This document shows, piece by piece, positions 1-13,928 of a stretch of DNA of 64,000 bases. Source of the stretch: Yuukianura sp. NJ FZ-2021 (lineage: Eukaryota). The translations under genes were made by a program, and so were the position numbers. Location of the stretch: assembly GCA_046563655.1 (NCBI GenBank), contig CM102289.1:9238001-9302000 (forward strand), written 5' to 3'. Each line of letters starts with the position of its first letter. The first letter of the stretch is position 1. A model generated the notes under the pieces. That model did no database searches. It was given only the letters and a program-made list of their open reading frames with translations, and was not told the DNA's origin.

Positions 1-126
1 GTTTTCTAGACTAGAAAAAAGCTTTACCAATTTTCAAACAGTTGTATACTTTCTAATGGTATTTTGGAAGAGTATGTTGGAAAAAACTTTTTTTTTGGCA
101 AATGTTTTTAAACTTTTTTGAAAATT

Positions 127-3100
127 TTAAATCTGGACTTCAATCACGCCTGCTCCGACGATATCGATCAACTCCGTTGACGTAAACGTGGCCAGCCAAC
201 GCTGCGTACCGACTTGGCGCGGAATGAAGTCCTGAATCCATTTGAATTCCGCTAATGGAGCAACGTCGCTGTTTTGAAAAAAAAATGAAAACTTAAAAAT
301 TATAAATTTCCAAGTTCTTAAAAATGATTTTGAATTTAAATTTGAGAACGCACTCGACTGAAATTGCTCCAGAACGCTGAAATCCAGGTCCCTCATACCG
401 GACGCTGCAATTGGTCAGTTTGACATCAAGTGGATTTTGGAAACTAAAAGTCACAAGCGCCCTCTGGTGCAATTTCAGAATCGGATCAACCTGGACGACA
501 AAAAATTAAGGCGCGAAGTAATTTCATTTTCGAATTTTCGAATCATCATTTCTAAAAGTAGAAAAGTGACCTGAATCGTAAGTGTTGGTTTGATGACCTG
601 GAAGTCATCTTCTTCAAACCAGGTTTGACTCGTTCCATCCACAACACACACGGCAGTTACTTTCATAATTCCGTATTCCACTAGCTTAGGCATGTAGTCC
701 CCGGGCTTCACAGTCATTCTTAGTTCTTCCGCTGGAGTTCCAAAAAATAAGCTTAGTTTTCAATTTCTTAGTTCCCGCTTTTTTTGAAAAGAAAGTCCGA
801 AATGTGGTTATTAGTGGAAGTTAATCGGATTATTTTACTTTTGCCTGGTGCTACACTGAACTTTCCAGTTGCCTTCTTAACTTCATTGGCTCTTATCCCA
901 TTGTAGTACGTACTTTCTGCTCCCAAATCAACCTGAACACTACGAGTCTCTGCTCCTTTGTTCTAAAAACAAAGAGAAAAGAAATTTTGAAAAAGTTGTT
1001 TTTTGAAAGAAAAAAGTTTCAAATCTTACTGTAATTTTGGTTACAACGGCAAAGGGATGCCCTATTTCAACCTGCTCTAATTCTACAAGATCAAATTCAA
1101 AATCCTCCAAAGGATTTGCTTCAAGTTCAAAAAATTTTGACGCATCTCGTGTGCCTAAAAAGGAAAGAACTTAATGCGTGGAATGTACAAAACTGACAAA
1201 AACAATAGAAAAAACTTTTTAAATTTCAAAAATTTTACGTCTCGCGGCGTTGATCAACGTCAAGCGTTCGGCTCGAGAACCTTTTCAAAAAAATTACACA
1301 ATTAAACGTAAATTTACATAAAATTTTGGAACTTTTTCAATATTTTCAACCTTCTTTGTTTTTGTATTGTGCCAAAATGTCTTCCCGATCCGACTCTCCT
1401 TTTGCATCAAACACGTTTGGTTTCTTGGTGAAAATCATTCGGCCGATGCTAAATTTTCGAAAATGAAATTTTTATTAAAATTTGAAAATTAAATTCAAAA
1501 TTTGAAATTTTACTGGTAGTTGTTGCATGTCATCCGTTTGAATCCGAAAGGCGAAGTTGGATCTTTCTTCCAGTGAACTAAATCTGCATTGACCTCAGCC
1601 AAAACAAATGGAACATCAAAGGAAAAACCAACTTGACCTTTACGCACAGCCTCCAAAGATGCTGGACCACACTGAAATGACCCTATGTCAACAAAATTTT
1701 GAAAATTTCTTTCATTTTGAAATTATAAAAAAAATTTAAGTACTAACCTTCACCACTGTCACTTCGTTCTTGTGGCGTCGCATCAATTGCTTGCCAGCCA
1801 CCGTAACCATTCGGCAAATCCGGCCGTGCCATCCACACATCATTCTTAAACGCCGCCAAAATTTTGATTTTAAAATTAGCCAATTTCGTATCATTAATTC
1901 CTTCAGTTTGGTAGTCCTACAGAATTTGAAACTTACCCAAACGTGAAAGTTCTAAAATCAAAAAATTAAAAACATTTTCAATGTATATTTTTCTTGATTT
2001 TCATAAAAAGTCAATTCTTTTACCCATATTGAATCTTTTCTTCCAGATGGATTGTTTGGATCAAAATTAATTTCTTCATTGTTTTCATTAAAGTAAATGT
2101 CCACTGTGAGGGAGCAGTTTGTGTCATGCGCCGACACGTAGTTTGTTACCACACGACACGGAATTCCAATTGCACGACAAACTAAAACACCAAATAAAAA
2201 AAAATAAAATTTCAAAAAAAAAAATTAAGTTGAACTAAAGATTTGTGCAAGGCAAAGCAACCTAAACAGCATTCTCAAAATCATTGTTGTTAGAAAAGTT
2301 TAAAATGTTAGTCTAACCAAAGAAAATTTGATCAAAATTTTGGTTTTTGGCAAGTCTCCATCTCTGTTCCAAAAATCAATCAATCATTCCATTAAGTTCA
2401 CAGTTTGACCTTCCTCCCAAGTCATTTCTACTCTTCAACTAAATCAACTTTCCCGCTCTTTTTTTTCTGATCAATTTTGGTTCCGGAAATTCCATGTTCC
2501 GAGTCAAACTTCTTCTGGAGTCAGTGATCCATGACCTTCATTTCAACAGCAGCATTAGCTGCTCAGAAAAATCAAAATCTGCCGCGCTTCTGTTGCGAAT
2601 TAAGTTTTTGACCTGAACTAAACACAAAAATGTCAACCAACCAAAAAATTATTTCAGGAGATTGATTTTCTGGTTCGCTACTGCAAATAATTTGACTTTT
2701 TCTGAGACTCAGAAGCTTGCTCATAGCATTCGTTTCCTAATTTACGTCTTTTAGGATCTGCAAGCTTTCAACACAGATTGGAGCTTAAGAAAATTTCAGA
2801 AAAAAAAATTTGGTTGGAGGCCTCATAAAAGACGCACGAAAAGCGATTTCGGTTTTTATATTCCTCCCATGTTGAAAAAACTGCCGCCATCCAAAGTCTT
2901 TCACCGCACCGTGGAAAAAACGACACGCTGCCATTCCTCCACACCGTGGAAAAAACCGCGGCGGTGTACTTAATTAATACGCCTTGATGAGGAGCTTTCC
3001 TAAAGTAAAGAAATCGTAAATCTCCGAATTCGGGGACACTCGCAAGCCAAAGAATTCATCTTCTTTCCCGCGCTTTTTCTAAGTTACGGTTTTACGTGAA

Positions 3101-6100
3101 CATTTCAAGGAATTCGTTAAGCATGGTGCACTTTTTTTTTTCGAAAAACCGCGGGAAAAGTTTTTTGAAGATCGTAAATCACACAAGGTGAGGACGGGAG
3201 GAAGTGACATCTCACTTAACTTTAGACAAAATTTACACGCAGTCAAGGACACCTCTATGCATTCCAGTTTTCAAAATTTCGAAACTTCCCGCTCTCTAAC
3301 TGTGTGTCATCACTTGAACATCCTGACAAGTTCAAAACGACATTTCCAATAAGTTTTCATAATGTTCGGATTTTCCCGCCATTTTTGAAACTGACATTCC
3401 CATGTCATTTTCCTCATCTCTTTAGTAGTATATTAGTTCGAGAGAATTAAAATATCAAACTTAACTTTTCAGTTCCTATTTGTCAAAAAAATGTAAAGAA
3501 AATTCTTTCAAAACATTTTTTAAACAACAGAAAGAAATCGACTATTTGAAGACACTTTTTAATCAAGATTTGTAAAATATTTTTCCAATTTTAATCCAAC
3601 CCGTTGAGGAATTTTCACCTTCATAAAACAGGCAGAAAAGAACACCTCCAATTCAACACTTGCAGAATACCGTTTTCAAAAAAATCAACATCTAGTTTTA
3701 AAAATGTTTTTTTCAAATGAAAATTGCTCAAATTTTGATTAACTCTTTATACCGGAAACTTTACTCTTGGCATCCGACCGAACTTTTGGTACATCATTCA
3801 ACTATTTTTAAAACGAAAAAAAGTTTCAAAGAACGGAAAAGAACAACAATTTTTACTTCAATTCTACGCTGCATAAATTTAGCGTCAAAAATGTTTTTTT
3901 TAGTAAAATTCGATTTTTTTTTCAAAATTTTTCAAAAAATGCCTTCTCACACCTGAAATTGCTCAAAAATGGATTAAGTTCTTGCCCAACGAACTCCCAA
4001 TTAATAACACCAAAAACTTTTCCTTCAACACAAAACTTTGAAAACAAAAAATAGGTTTCGGAGAACGGAAAAGAACAAAAACATCTTTCCATACCACGCT
4101 GCTTAAATTTACTGTCAAACCTGTACAAAAAATCATTTTTTTGAAAATTTGAAAGAATTTACCTGTACAAAGTACGCATGAAAAAATCCAGCACTGACCG
4201 TACTTGACTGGCTGGAGCGTTCTAAAATACTGTTCTAAAATTGGAACGCTTCCAGTCCAGGCTCCCGGAGCGACTCCGTCACTGTACTTGTTGTCCCAGC
4301 GACCCACCAGGAGTCCATCGTCGTCATTGGCATTCACCTACAACCAATAACATCAAATGTTAGACTGTGTTAACTTCATGTTAGCATGTCGAGAGTCTCA
4401 AAATACTAGTTTTAATTAGAAAGTGGACCATTTTGGTGAGAGCGCGGGAAACTAGAACTGGATCTCCCCGTGATACAAATGGAATTCCAGATTTCTCGAG
4501 TAGGATGCAAACGAGAGGCAGCACGCAATCATCGAATTGTCCAAAGGCCCAGTGACGCCCTTTCGTACTTTGGTAAGGACCGAACCACACTTTCCCCTTG
4601 TCCTCAAGTACATACTCCTTCAGTAGTTCAGAGTCACACATGTACGTCAAGTCATCTAAAAATATACACATTTTCAAAAAAAAAAAGTTTTATTGAAACA
4701 GATTTCAACACTGACATAAACTGTGTCTGAATTTTACACAGAAACACAAAATGATGGATTTCGCTTCAATACAACTGCAAAAAAAAAAATATGAAAAAAA
4801 AAGCACTACAATAATTAACGGCGTCTTTGGACACCACAAATTTCTCTGCAGGCTGTGAATTTTACAGTTTCTCTTTTTTTTTTCTCCAAAATTTCGAAAT
4901 TTCCTGAAAACTCATAAAAAAAAAGTTGAGGTTTTCCTACTGTTGATTTTCTGTTTGAATTTTTTTCTGTTGATGGAAAGTTGTTTAATTGAAACGAGCG
5001 GGGCTATGGGCACTTGAGACTCATTTTCTGAAAACTATGAATTATGAAAATTATTTTAAAAAATTCTGAAATTTTAGTCAAATTGGGGCAGTTTGAGAAT
5101 TCTATTGAAGTCGTAAAGTGATAGTCATAGACTTTTTTGAAATACGGAATTGAGGGGATGATGATTAGGAAGACATTTGGAGAAATGGTGAAAGTTAGGT
5201 TAGTTTTGGATCGTTTTCTGTTCCTGGAAGGGAGGCTTTTGGTTTCGTATGAGCAAAGAAGCTTTTGGTTTCGTATGGAAAAGAAGGAAATGGATGTGGA
5301 ACGTAAGCCGTAAGGGACTGTGTGGGAATAGATCCAGTGGGAATCATTATAGGTCCAAGATGGCCCATTTATTTAAAATCAACCTTATCATGCATCTCCT
5401 TTCACCCAAACTGTCTTACTTTCTCCTTTTGTTACCCGCCACGAATCCCAATCCTACTGCCCGCATATCCTATTACCAACTGATACATGTCCTTATCACA
5501 ACTTCCAGAATTTCAAAAAACTGAAATTTTGAAAAAATGGACAAATTTAAAAGTTCTTACGATGGTCCCAGGGATTGAACAGAATGTAGATATCAGTTGG
5601 ACATACGAATGTCACTGGCCCGCCACCACGAATTGAACGACTCTCCACTGTACATGTCCAAATTCCCACGCAAGTATCTGGACCAATCCGAACCTTCAAA
5701 AAATTTCAAATTTTTAGTTTTTTCAAAATTTTGCACTCGTCAATTTTTCATTTTTGCCTAGCTTTTTCAATTTTTTTAACGAATTTTGAGCCGTAGACAT
5801 GCGTCGCCAGAAAATAAAAAAGCGATGATTATTTTTATAGCCTTTGGCTAATGTAGTTTGTGAAATGGGGCGAATGAATTTTAGCACACAATGCAAAATT
5901 TGCAAAAGTAGGTCAAAGGTCAGATATCAAAAACTGATAATGTCAGAGCAAAGTGTTATTTTTGCACACTTGCCTTAAGCACACGCAACTTGTAAGCAGA
6001 AATGTGTCGAACCAAGGATGTTTGAGAAACAAAAGTGCTGAGTTCGTTAAATACTTAATGTTTTTCACTGTCAAGATAAAGGCTTTGTTGTTTTGGCAAA

Positions 6101-7726
6101 TACTAAAACCGAAAGAGTTTAAACAGCGTCAAAACGGCGCCAAATTTGAAAATTGCATAACGATTTTAGTAAGCAGTATCGAAAGCTTTTTTCCCCTAGT
6201 ATCAGCAAAATCGTCACAAATCAATTCCTAAGAGACATCGTCATCATCGCAAGCGATTTGGAAGCGATGACGCCTCTCGGCTCGAAATTTCTCTCGAGTC
6301 CAGCAGTACTGGCTCTGATTTCTCCATGGAAAAATAAGAGAAAAGCTTTTGGACGTAATTTGACACTCATGGACGGTTTGCTCATATTCGATTTGTGTGA
6401 GAACCACGTTAACGAATGGCCTTCAATAAAAAATTTTGTCGTTTATTTGATTCGTGTAACAAAATTCTGCTCCACGGTTCTTTGACACCCAGTTAGTATT
6501 CTTTAACAGGTTGCGTAATACCACAGTTGTTTACCCCAGAAATGAAAATAAGTAAAAACTGAATACCAATTCCTAAAAATGAAAATTTGGATACCAATTT
6601 CCTGTATAAAATTTGTATTAATCATCAATGCCATGGTTATGATACCCTGAAATGAAAAATGGAACCTTTTTTTTGTATTATTGAAAAACATTTGAGGTAT
6701 TACGCAACCTGTTAATGAAAACAAAACCTATTAAATATCAACAAACCGGGATTCTGCCTCACTAAAAAAAATTCAGGCCGTTCATATCCCAAAAAATTTG
6801 CGTGTCCTTATTTTCATCTAAAACCTTGAATGAAAATTATCGCCGTGCCTGAGTGACCTTCCAGAAGTGTCCGAGTACCGGCTTTGAGAAACGCAGTGTG
6901 CACCGTTTGTAGTAGTAGAGTTGGAGTAGGCCGTTACCTCAACGCTTATGGCATTCTTATCATGTCCTGCAATTCGACAGGCCCAAGAGGTTTGAGTCAG
7001 ATCGAACGGCCGCTTCTCCGCATTTAGAGTGAATTTAGTTCCGTTGAGCGGAGAGGGCTTCGGGCCGAAGTTGAAACTGAGCTTAATAAAGTCTCGGGTG
7101 GGGTCGTACGACCGAACTGGCGTTTGGAGAGCCACGAAGAACGTTTGACCTCTACGCAAAACTGGTGACCCCCGCTCAACAATTTCAAATTTGGAAGTGT
7201 GATGAGTCTGCCCATTCTCCTTCGCATAAAAATAAATGTCGCCGATTCGCAAAGTCGCTGTTTCTGGCAGGGGCCCTTGGGCACCAGCTGCAAAAAGAAA
7301 ATCAATGCACCTAAAATTTCAATTTTTGTCTAAATTGCATATTTTCAAAAAGTATTTTCAAAAATTCAAAACTTTTCAAAAAAGACAGTTGACATTGATT
7401 CAAAATGTGTAGCCATAAAACTTTAAACCGATCAGTAACTTGAATTTGGCACAAAAAAACTTTTTGAAAATAAAAACTAATAAATTGAGCATTACATTGG
7501 CTGCTGTAGTTTGAATGTAAGGCAAAATAATGTGAAATTAGCGGGAAAATTTGAGTTTGGCGGGAAAATTTTTAACGGGGCGGGAAAATTTGAAATTTAA
7601 AACATGAAAGTACATACCTAGAAGGCGTTGTTCCATGTCTCTATCTTTTGCCTGTGCATCGGCATATGTCCGCTGCAGTCGTCCCACTAAACATGCGTAG
7701 TAGGCTGCGTAATTTGCTGAATCCAT
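127..7726 (-). CDS. Tg: Transglutaminase (protein-glutamine gamma-glutamyltransferase, hemocyte TGase/annulin-like), 16 coding exons, ~753 aa
   Basis: Exons: 7726-7618, 7287-6938, 5693-5561, 4655-4429, 4337-4163, 2181-2024, 1951-1937, 1844-1748, 1682-1514, 1448-1351, 1280-1239, 1154-1030, 962-839, 731-571, 490-354, 268-127. All junctions are GT..AG and phase-consistent; total 2262 nt. Motifs: LRRGQTF, YILFNPW, WAFGQF, YGQCWIF (catalytic Cys), [23 protein letters not shown] (His), [11 protein letters not shown] (Asp), CGPAS, FQNPL. The first exon is the least certain. Confidence 0.96.
6503..6715. mobile_element. MITE (non-autonomous DNA transposon), TTAA-CAGGTTG family, in TGase intron 2
   Basis: Perfect 20-bp inverted termini TTAACAGGTTGCGTAATACC ... 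GGTATTACGCAACCTGTTAA; a related copy lies at 41002-41211. Confidence 0.8.
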
Positions 7727-8550
7727 TTTTAATTAAAACCTTTTCGTTTTTTTTTCTAAATGTTAAATGTGTTTCAGTGTTTCAAAAACGACTTTTTCCT
7801 GTTTTTTTGAGCACTTTGAGAATCCAAAAGAACGTGAAATTACTTTTGCTCCTGAGGCTTCTTCCCGTTTTAGTTCAAATAGAAATGTCGCCAGTAATGA
7901 GAGTGTTTTAGGCCCTTGTTAGGCTTAATTAAACGTTAATATTTAAACACAGTTTCAATTCAAAAGAGACAACTGTTATTTCTGTTCTGAAAAATTCTGA
8001 AAGCGAATGTTAACATTCGCTTGAATTCAAGTGATTCTACTTTTCTGGTTTCTCTTGCCAGTGTCTATTTGGCGTCAGTTTTCACACCAAAATGTTCTAT
8101 TTTTGTGTTCCGTCAAATAAATCTCTGGAATTTTTTTTTTAAACTTCGGAACTTTAAAAAAAGTTTCTATTTTTGCTTTCCTTTCGAAGATGTTACTCTT
8201 TTTGCCGGTCATTAATGCCTTGCCCACTTTTCTGGATCGACTACTGGCATGCAATGGCCAATTTTAAACAAATCTCAAGTTTGAAAAAATTTGCTGATTA
8301 TAGACGGATTTACTAAAGAAAAAAATTTGGCAACTTGCAAAAACAGAGACTATTGCGAATGCAGAGGAGTGTCACTTCAGAAGACGAATGGCTGTTGTCA
8401 CACTGTTTCTGTATACTTTGTCATGCCACTTAACCCATTTTCAAAACTTGTCAATTTTAAAACACTAAACTTAAACGGTTTAAACATCACCAGCTATAAA
8501 AACGAGAGAAAACTAATAATCAAGATAATGCTGCACAAATTCAACACTGT

Positions 8551-8645
8551 ACCACCGACCACCTACCATTTGCTTTGCCACCGACCACCTACCATTTCCT
8601 TTGCCACCGACCACCTACATCTTACAGTACCGGCGACCACCTATA
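8551..8645. repeat. Minisatellite, ~26-bp unit (GCCACCGACCACCTACCATTTGCTTT), about 4 copies
   Basis: CGACCACCTA occurs four times at ~26-bp spacing. Confidence 0.85.
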
Positions 8646-9681
8646 ATTTAATCATTTCCTTACACCGTTTCTCTTGTAAATAAATAGAGACCAAGTAAAA
8701 GTTGGAACTAATTTTTTCGGTCGTTTGTGAGCTTTCTTTAGCTAATCTGAGAATTTGAAGTAGGAAAACAAAAGAGAAAGTAAGGAAGGATGCGGAGATA
8801 AACGAGGGAAATGTCCCATTGTTCTCATTCTCTTAACTCTATGTTAGGTTTATGTTAGGATTGGATTTCAATCTCTGTCTTTCCCTCCAGTCCATCTCTC
8901 CTGTCAATCCTTCCAGAAGAGACTCTAATAGATCTAGTCATAGTCTGGGATAATGGAATTCTTACTTTCTCCTAACAAAACACAGGACTTCTCAAAAGAG
9001 AGTCTCTACAAACAGCGGAACAATTGAAAACACAAACAAAAGAAAAAACACACAACCAATAATAAGAATCCTGAGAAAAGAGAACAAAAAAGTTACAACA
9101 ACATCAACAACAAAGTTGCTACTTTGCTCTAAAAGTTTCAAAAAACAAAAAAAATTTGGTACATAACAAGCGCCAGCTCGTATTTCATTTTTCGTCTCTG
9201 GTTTCTGCATGTCCTTGAATTGAAGGCAATTACTTTTTCCTTGAGCTTTTTCAAAAAAAGAGACTGACTTTTCATTCTTGGCTATTTTTCAAAACTGTTC
9301 CACAAAGTTAAACTGGCATGAAAAGGGAGTTCAACTACCGTTTAATGTAATACAGACCACTTTTGAAAAAAAAATTTTTTTACGTTTGAGTGAAAGTTGA
9401 AAGTCTTGAAAGTCCAGTCATGTTGTTTTAGCTTAGAGATGCAATGAACCAGTTACCATTAGAAAAAGCAAAAGGCTTCTGTTTTGGGCTCAAAGTGAAA
9501 GTTTGTCGACTTTTTGAAGAAATTTTTCTTTCTTGAAGATTCTTGTTCTTTTTTCGTTTTTGGCAAAAGAAACATACGGATTCAACCAGAAATCAGGCGG
9601 AAGTCAACTCCAGTTGAACAACACTCTGTTTAGTTGTCGTCTACCAAAACCATACTCTTCCAACACAGTCTAAACCCATTA

Positions 9682-10024
9682 CAGGACGGTAGTGGATGGA
9701 CAGAAATAGACGGAAAGTTTCATGGACGGAATTTTATGGACGGATACTCTCTGACATTTGTAGAATGTTGGGGCAGGTACGTAAGTTATCGCAACGTATT
9801 AAAAAAACATGTCGGAAAAATCTGTCCATGGACGAGGCCGTCCTTGGTAATCCGTCCATAATCTTCCGAAATTTTCATGGACAGATTTTCCGAGAGGATC
9901 ACTGCTGAATACTAAGGTAGATAAATGGAAGATGGTAGAAGAAATACAGTTTTTGAAAATATGTCCATGGACGACGCCGTCTATGAAATTCCGTCCATGA
10001 TCCTCCTAGACCCGTCCAGACCTG
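9682..10024. mobile_element. Foldback/MITE-like element built from CATGGACGG / CCGTCCATG subrepeats
   Basis: The left arm CATGGACGGAATTTTATGGACGG is mirrored by the right arm CCGTCTATGAAATTCCGTCCATG; ends are CAGG...CCTG. Related pieces occur at 13780-13928 and 44272-44328. Confidence 0.7.
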
Positions 10025-13000
10025 CTGCAGCTTCTTCAAAACCCAAGACTCTACACATTTTGGATTTGTTTCTCCTTTCTGCACTTTCTTTGCGCTGTCG
10101 AAGCGAGTTTCCTTCCACAAAGTCCTCTCTTCGCTAACTTTCTTCGTCAACAGTCATTTCCTTCATCGTGTCCTCTTTAGCTCGTTTTGGAAGCCAAGAG
10201 CATCTAGGCACTCGGTGTCCATATTTCTCCCGCCTCAAGAAAGACGAAGACAAAGGAAATTAGGAAGAGTGTCAGGAGGCTTAAAAGGAACTTTTATGAT
10301 CAAATTTCCAAAATATGTTCTTCTCTTTCACCAGGAGTGTCGGAAATGCTGAGCATCAGCACTCAAATGGACACACTTTTTCTCATTTAGCACTTTTTAG
10401 ACTTGTGCACGCTGCACATTTTTAGGAACAAAACAAATCGTTGCGCAACGCAGTAAACTAAAAACTTCATTTCTTCTATTTGTCAACCGGAAACCAAAAA
10501 ACCTGAGTCAGACTTGAAAAATAGACCAAAACAAGTCCGTTTTGAACCCAATTTTATTGAAAACCGCTTTTGTCTTTCAAAATTTGAAGCCAAAATCTAA
10601 AGTCAACATAATTTTGGTTTTGTAGAAAACCAAATTTGAGGAATTATGTAAATTTTAGGTTTTATAAAGGTAGCCAAATTCTAGAAATCAGTCTAATAAG
10701 TGGCTTCGCAAACTTGAAAATTGTGACGCACCTTAAGTTTTTGTTTTCAATTTTTAGTAAAGCCAAACTAACTTTTTTGAATGACCAAAAAACAATTTCG
10801 AGAAACAACATGAAAATCGAAGAAATTGAAAAAATTATACCGATGAGAAACTTTTTTTTGGAGTTTGAAACCCGCTTTTCAAAAACAAAACATAAAATTA
10901 CCAAAACCAAGAAGAAATTTTTGCGGAACGAAGTTTAAATAAAAAATTGCCAAATCATGAAGACTTTTAGCCGTAACGAAGTTTAAATAATAAATTGTGC
11001 GTTTCTCTAACTGTGTAGGACTTTATTTTAAGTTGTAATGATTTCTGATAACACGCAACCCTAACTTATAGAAGAAGCATAATAAGATGAACTTTGTTGG
11101 AATTGTTAGCTTTTGTGGTTTGTTGTTGTCTGAGAAAGTTTCATCCACTCAACAAGTAAAAAGTTCCGAGTATTTTTTAACATTGGACATTGCATGTTAA
11201 GGTGAAATTGAAATGATTTATTCAGAAGGTGGAATTAATAGAAGAAAGGGACGCTGAGGGATGTTCATTCAACATGAAACTGCACTTTTTCTACTTTTTT
11301 CGGTTTTTAAAAAAGACAGCTCGGGTTTTTTCGATTCCCTACAGCACATAACCCTATGTGGAAAGTAGGTTGAGTTTTAGCTTAAAAAGAAAGTCCCAAT
11401 GTCCTCATCGATATCAAATACAAAAATCTAACTTTTTCTTTTGGAGAAAGTTAAGCCTCAAAACGAAAAAAAGTTACATTGTTCCATTAATAAATTAATA
11501 TACATCGAACTTTTCCTAAATTTTTGTTTTACAAATGTCCAATTTTTTTTCGTTTTACAAAATTTCACTTTTGAGTTGTACTAAAACATTTACATTTTTA
11601 ACAAAAGTTTTCAATGTAAGGGCGGGAGTGTACTTCGTGTATTACACATGCAAGTTTTTTTTTCTGAAGTGTTTTCAAAATTTCATTATTCTTTGATTCT
11701 GATATACTGTGCAATTGAATAACGAAGGCCAATTGATTTTCCATTTCAGTTTTCAAAGCGGAAATTTTGAAAATAATTTCTAATTTGCGTTTTAAAATGC
11801 TTGTGGGGAAGCTTGTGCTTATTAAAACCTTAGTTATGGTTTCCGTTTGTGCCAAAGTGTTGGTTTTAATTTCCTTTGAAAAGCAATGTCCACCAGGTGT
11901 GTGGTTTTTATTGTACTTTTAATTACGTTTTTCATCTGACAAAGTTCTATTTGAACACATTTGAACAAGGACAGGAGCGGTTTGTTCTAAACTGGATTCG
12001 ATTCAAAGTAAAACAGCTCATTTGTGAAAGCAAATGAAGAACTATGACCTTGTGACACGCAGGAAGGGGAAATGAGCTCCCGTGTCTCTGACAAATGAGG
12101 AAATGCGGCTTTGGGCAGCTTAAACTGACAACCGAATGCATAGGGAAAGCCAAATTTACAATGGCATACGTTTACAACAAAATAAATGGATTTCAAATAA
12201 AAGTTTTTTAAAAAATCAGAAAAAAAACAGAATTTGGCATGCTTCTTGACACAGTCGCTCAAAAACTATTCCGTTAAACAGCGTAGTCGTTGGCAGCTAT
12301 AAAACTTAAATCAAATTCAAAATCAATTTTAAAATTATACTTAAAACTTTCATGCGACAGAAAGTCAGTGAATTTTGAAACCTGAAAATTTTGTTCTATG
12401 TAATCAAAAACGTGTAGAAACACAGCCTTTTGGAAATTGATTTTGACATTACCGGATCGAACTAAATTTTGATCAAGACTTGAGGGAAAGTCGGTACACC
12501 AAAAAAGAGAAAGCAGAGTTGCAGTCCCCACGGACTCTGTCTTTTCCCGCATTCAGAAAATCTGGTCTGTCCACTTCTAGAACCAAAGTAAGGCAGAGGC
12601 ATTCGATTCGTCTTGATTAAGGACTGCTGGAAACGGCAGTTGGACTACCAAACCTATTGCTTTCTCTTACAATATTGTTTCTATCCAAATCTCTCCCCTC
12701 CTCTCACTCTCCAACATCATTTATTATAAGTTCCATAGGAAGTAGAAACCTAAAAGATAGCCTAACATGAAGCGTAAGGAACAAAACTGGAGGAAAACCT
12801 AGAAAATCCATAGCAACGGAAAAATAAGGCGCCAAATGACACTTTCCTCCGTCAATTTCTCACCCAAATTGAAAGTGAAAAGGAAATGAAAGTGGAGGGG
12901 GAGATATGCTTCAAAAAGTCAATATTTTTTTTTAGAAATATTTTTTGAATATGACCTGTGACCCGCTGGGTTAACATTAGGCTAAAAGTTAACCCCGGGG

Positions 13001-13779
13001 TAGAGTATAATCAGTTTGACTGAAAAATAGGGGAGGTTTAATCAATAAAATCTATTTGACTCTGCCCCTTTGTTCTTTTTCATAAAATTTAGTTCTAAAT
13101 TGCTCAGTTCAGGTCCACCAACCACTTTGTTTTCATAAACTCACCCCCCCCCCTACAATAAAGGGGGGGTTGAACCAGGGGAGGGGGGTAGAGCAAAGGG
13201 GGGGAAGGAGAGGGGAGAAATCATAATTTTCTTTTGTATTTTCCGAAATTGGTTTTTGGCTTTCAATGTTTTACTTGAGGAAGGGAGAAAGTAAAAGCAT
13301 GAAGTTCGTGCTGCAGATGCATTTTGTATTTCCGGGAAATTTTGAAAGTGCGTTTCGGAAAACATAGCTTTTGAGTTATTTTTGGTGCGTCGTGGATTCT
13401 GAGTTTGAGCGGTAGATTTAATTGAATCTAAATTGAATTAAGTTAGACAAAATGAAATTAGGAACAAGTTAAAAGGACATGAAGGAATGCGACAGAGTTA
13501 ATGAATTGGTGACAATTTTCACACTATGTTCTTAGATACTTAGAGAGCTTCACTGCCAGTGGACCAGAAGTAATCGGAGGAGAAAGTTGACGAAAGTGGA
13601 CGAAAGCCTAAAAAGTGTGTAAACTGACGACACGTTAATACTTTGCCACCAAACTAAAGCCTTCGTGTAATCATTTTGCCCGCGAAAGTTCTGTTTTAGT
13701 AAAACTCCAAACCCAAAAAGCTTCAATGGTCACGCACTAACATGCTTTGCTCTGCACGGATGATTCCGTTAAAGGAAAG

Positions 13780-13928
13780 TCATGGACGGAAACTCATGGA
13801 CGGCCGTGTCTCCATGGACGGGCATGGACGGACGTCATTGGATGCTCAGAAGATAATCAGACATGCAATGTTAAACAAAAGTTTACGAAATTTTGGTCGT
13901 CCATCGTCCACAATTTTTCCGTCCATGA
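13780..13928. repeat. Second copy of the CATGGACG foldback repeat family
   Basis: Four CATGGACGG motifs are followed by inverted CGTCCAT/CCGTCCATG motifs. Confidence 0.65.

Noticed and set aside
13140..13220. C-run/G-run block with G-quadruplex potential (similar C-runs at 55139-55190)
   Set aside because: Simple homopolymer-rich sequence with no independent evidence of function.
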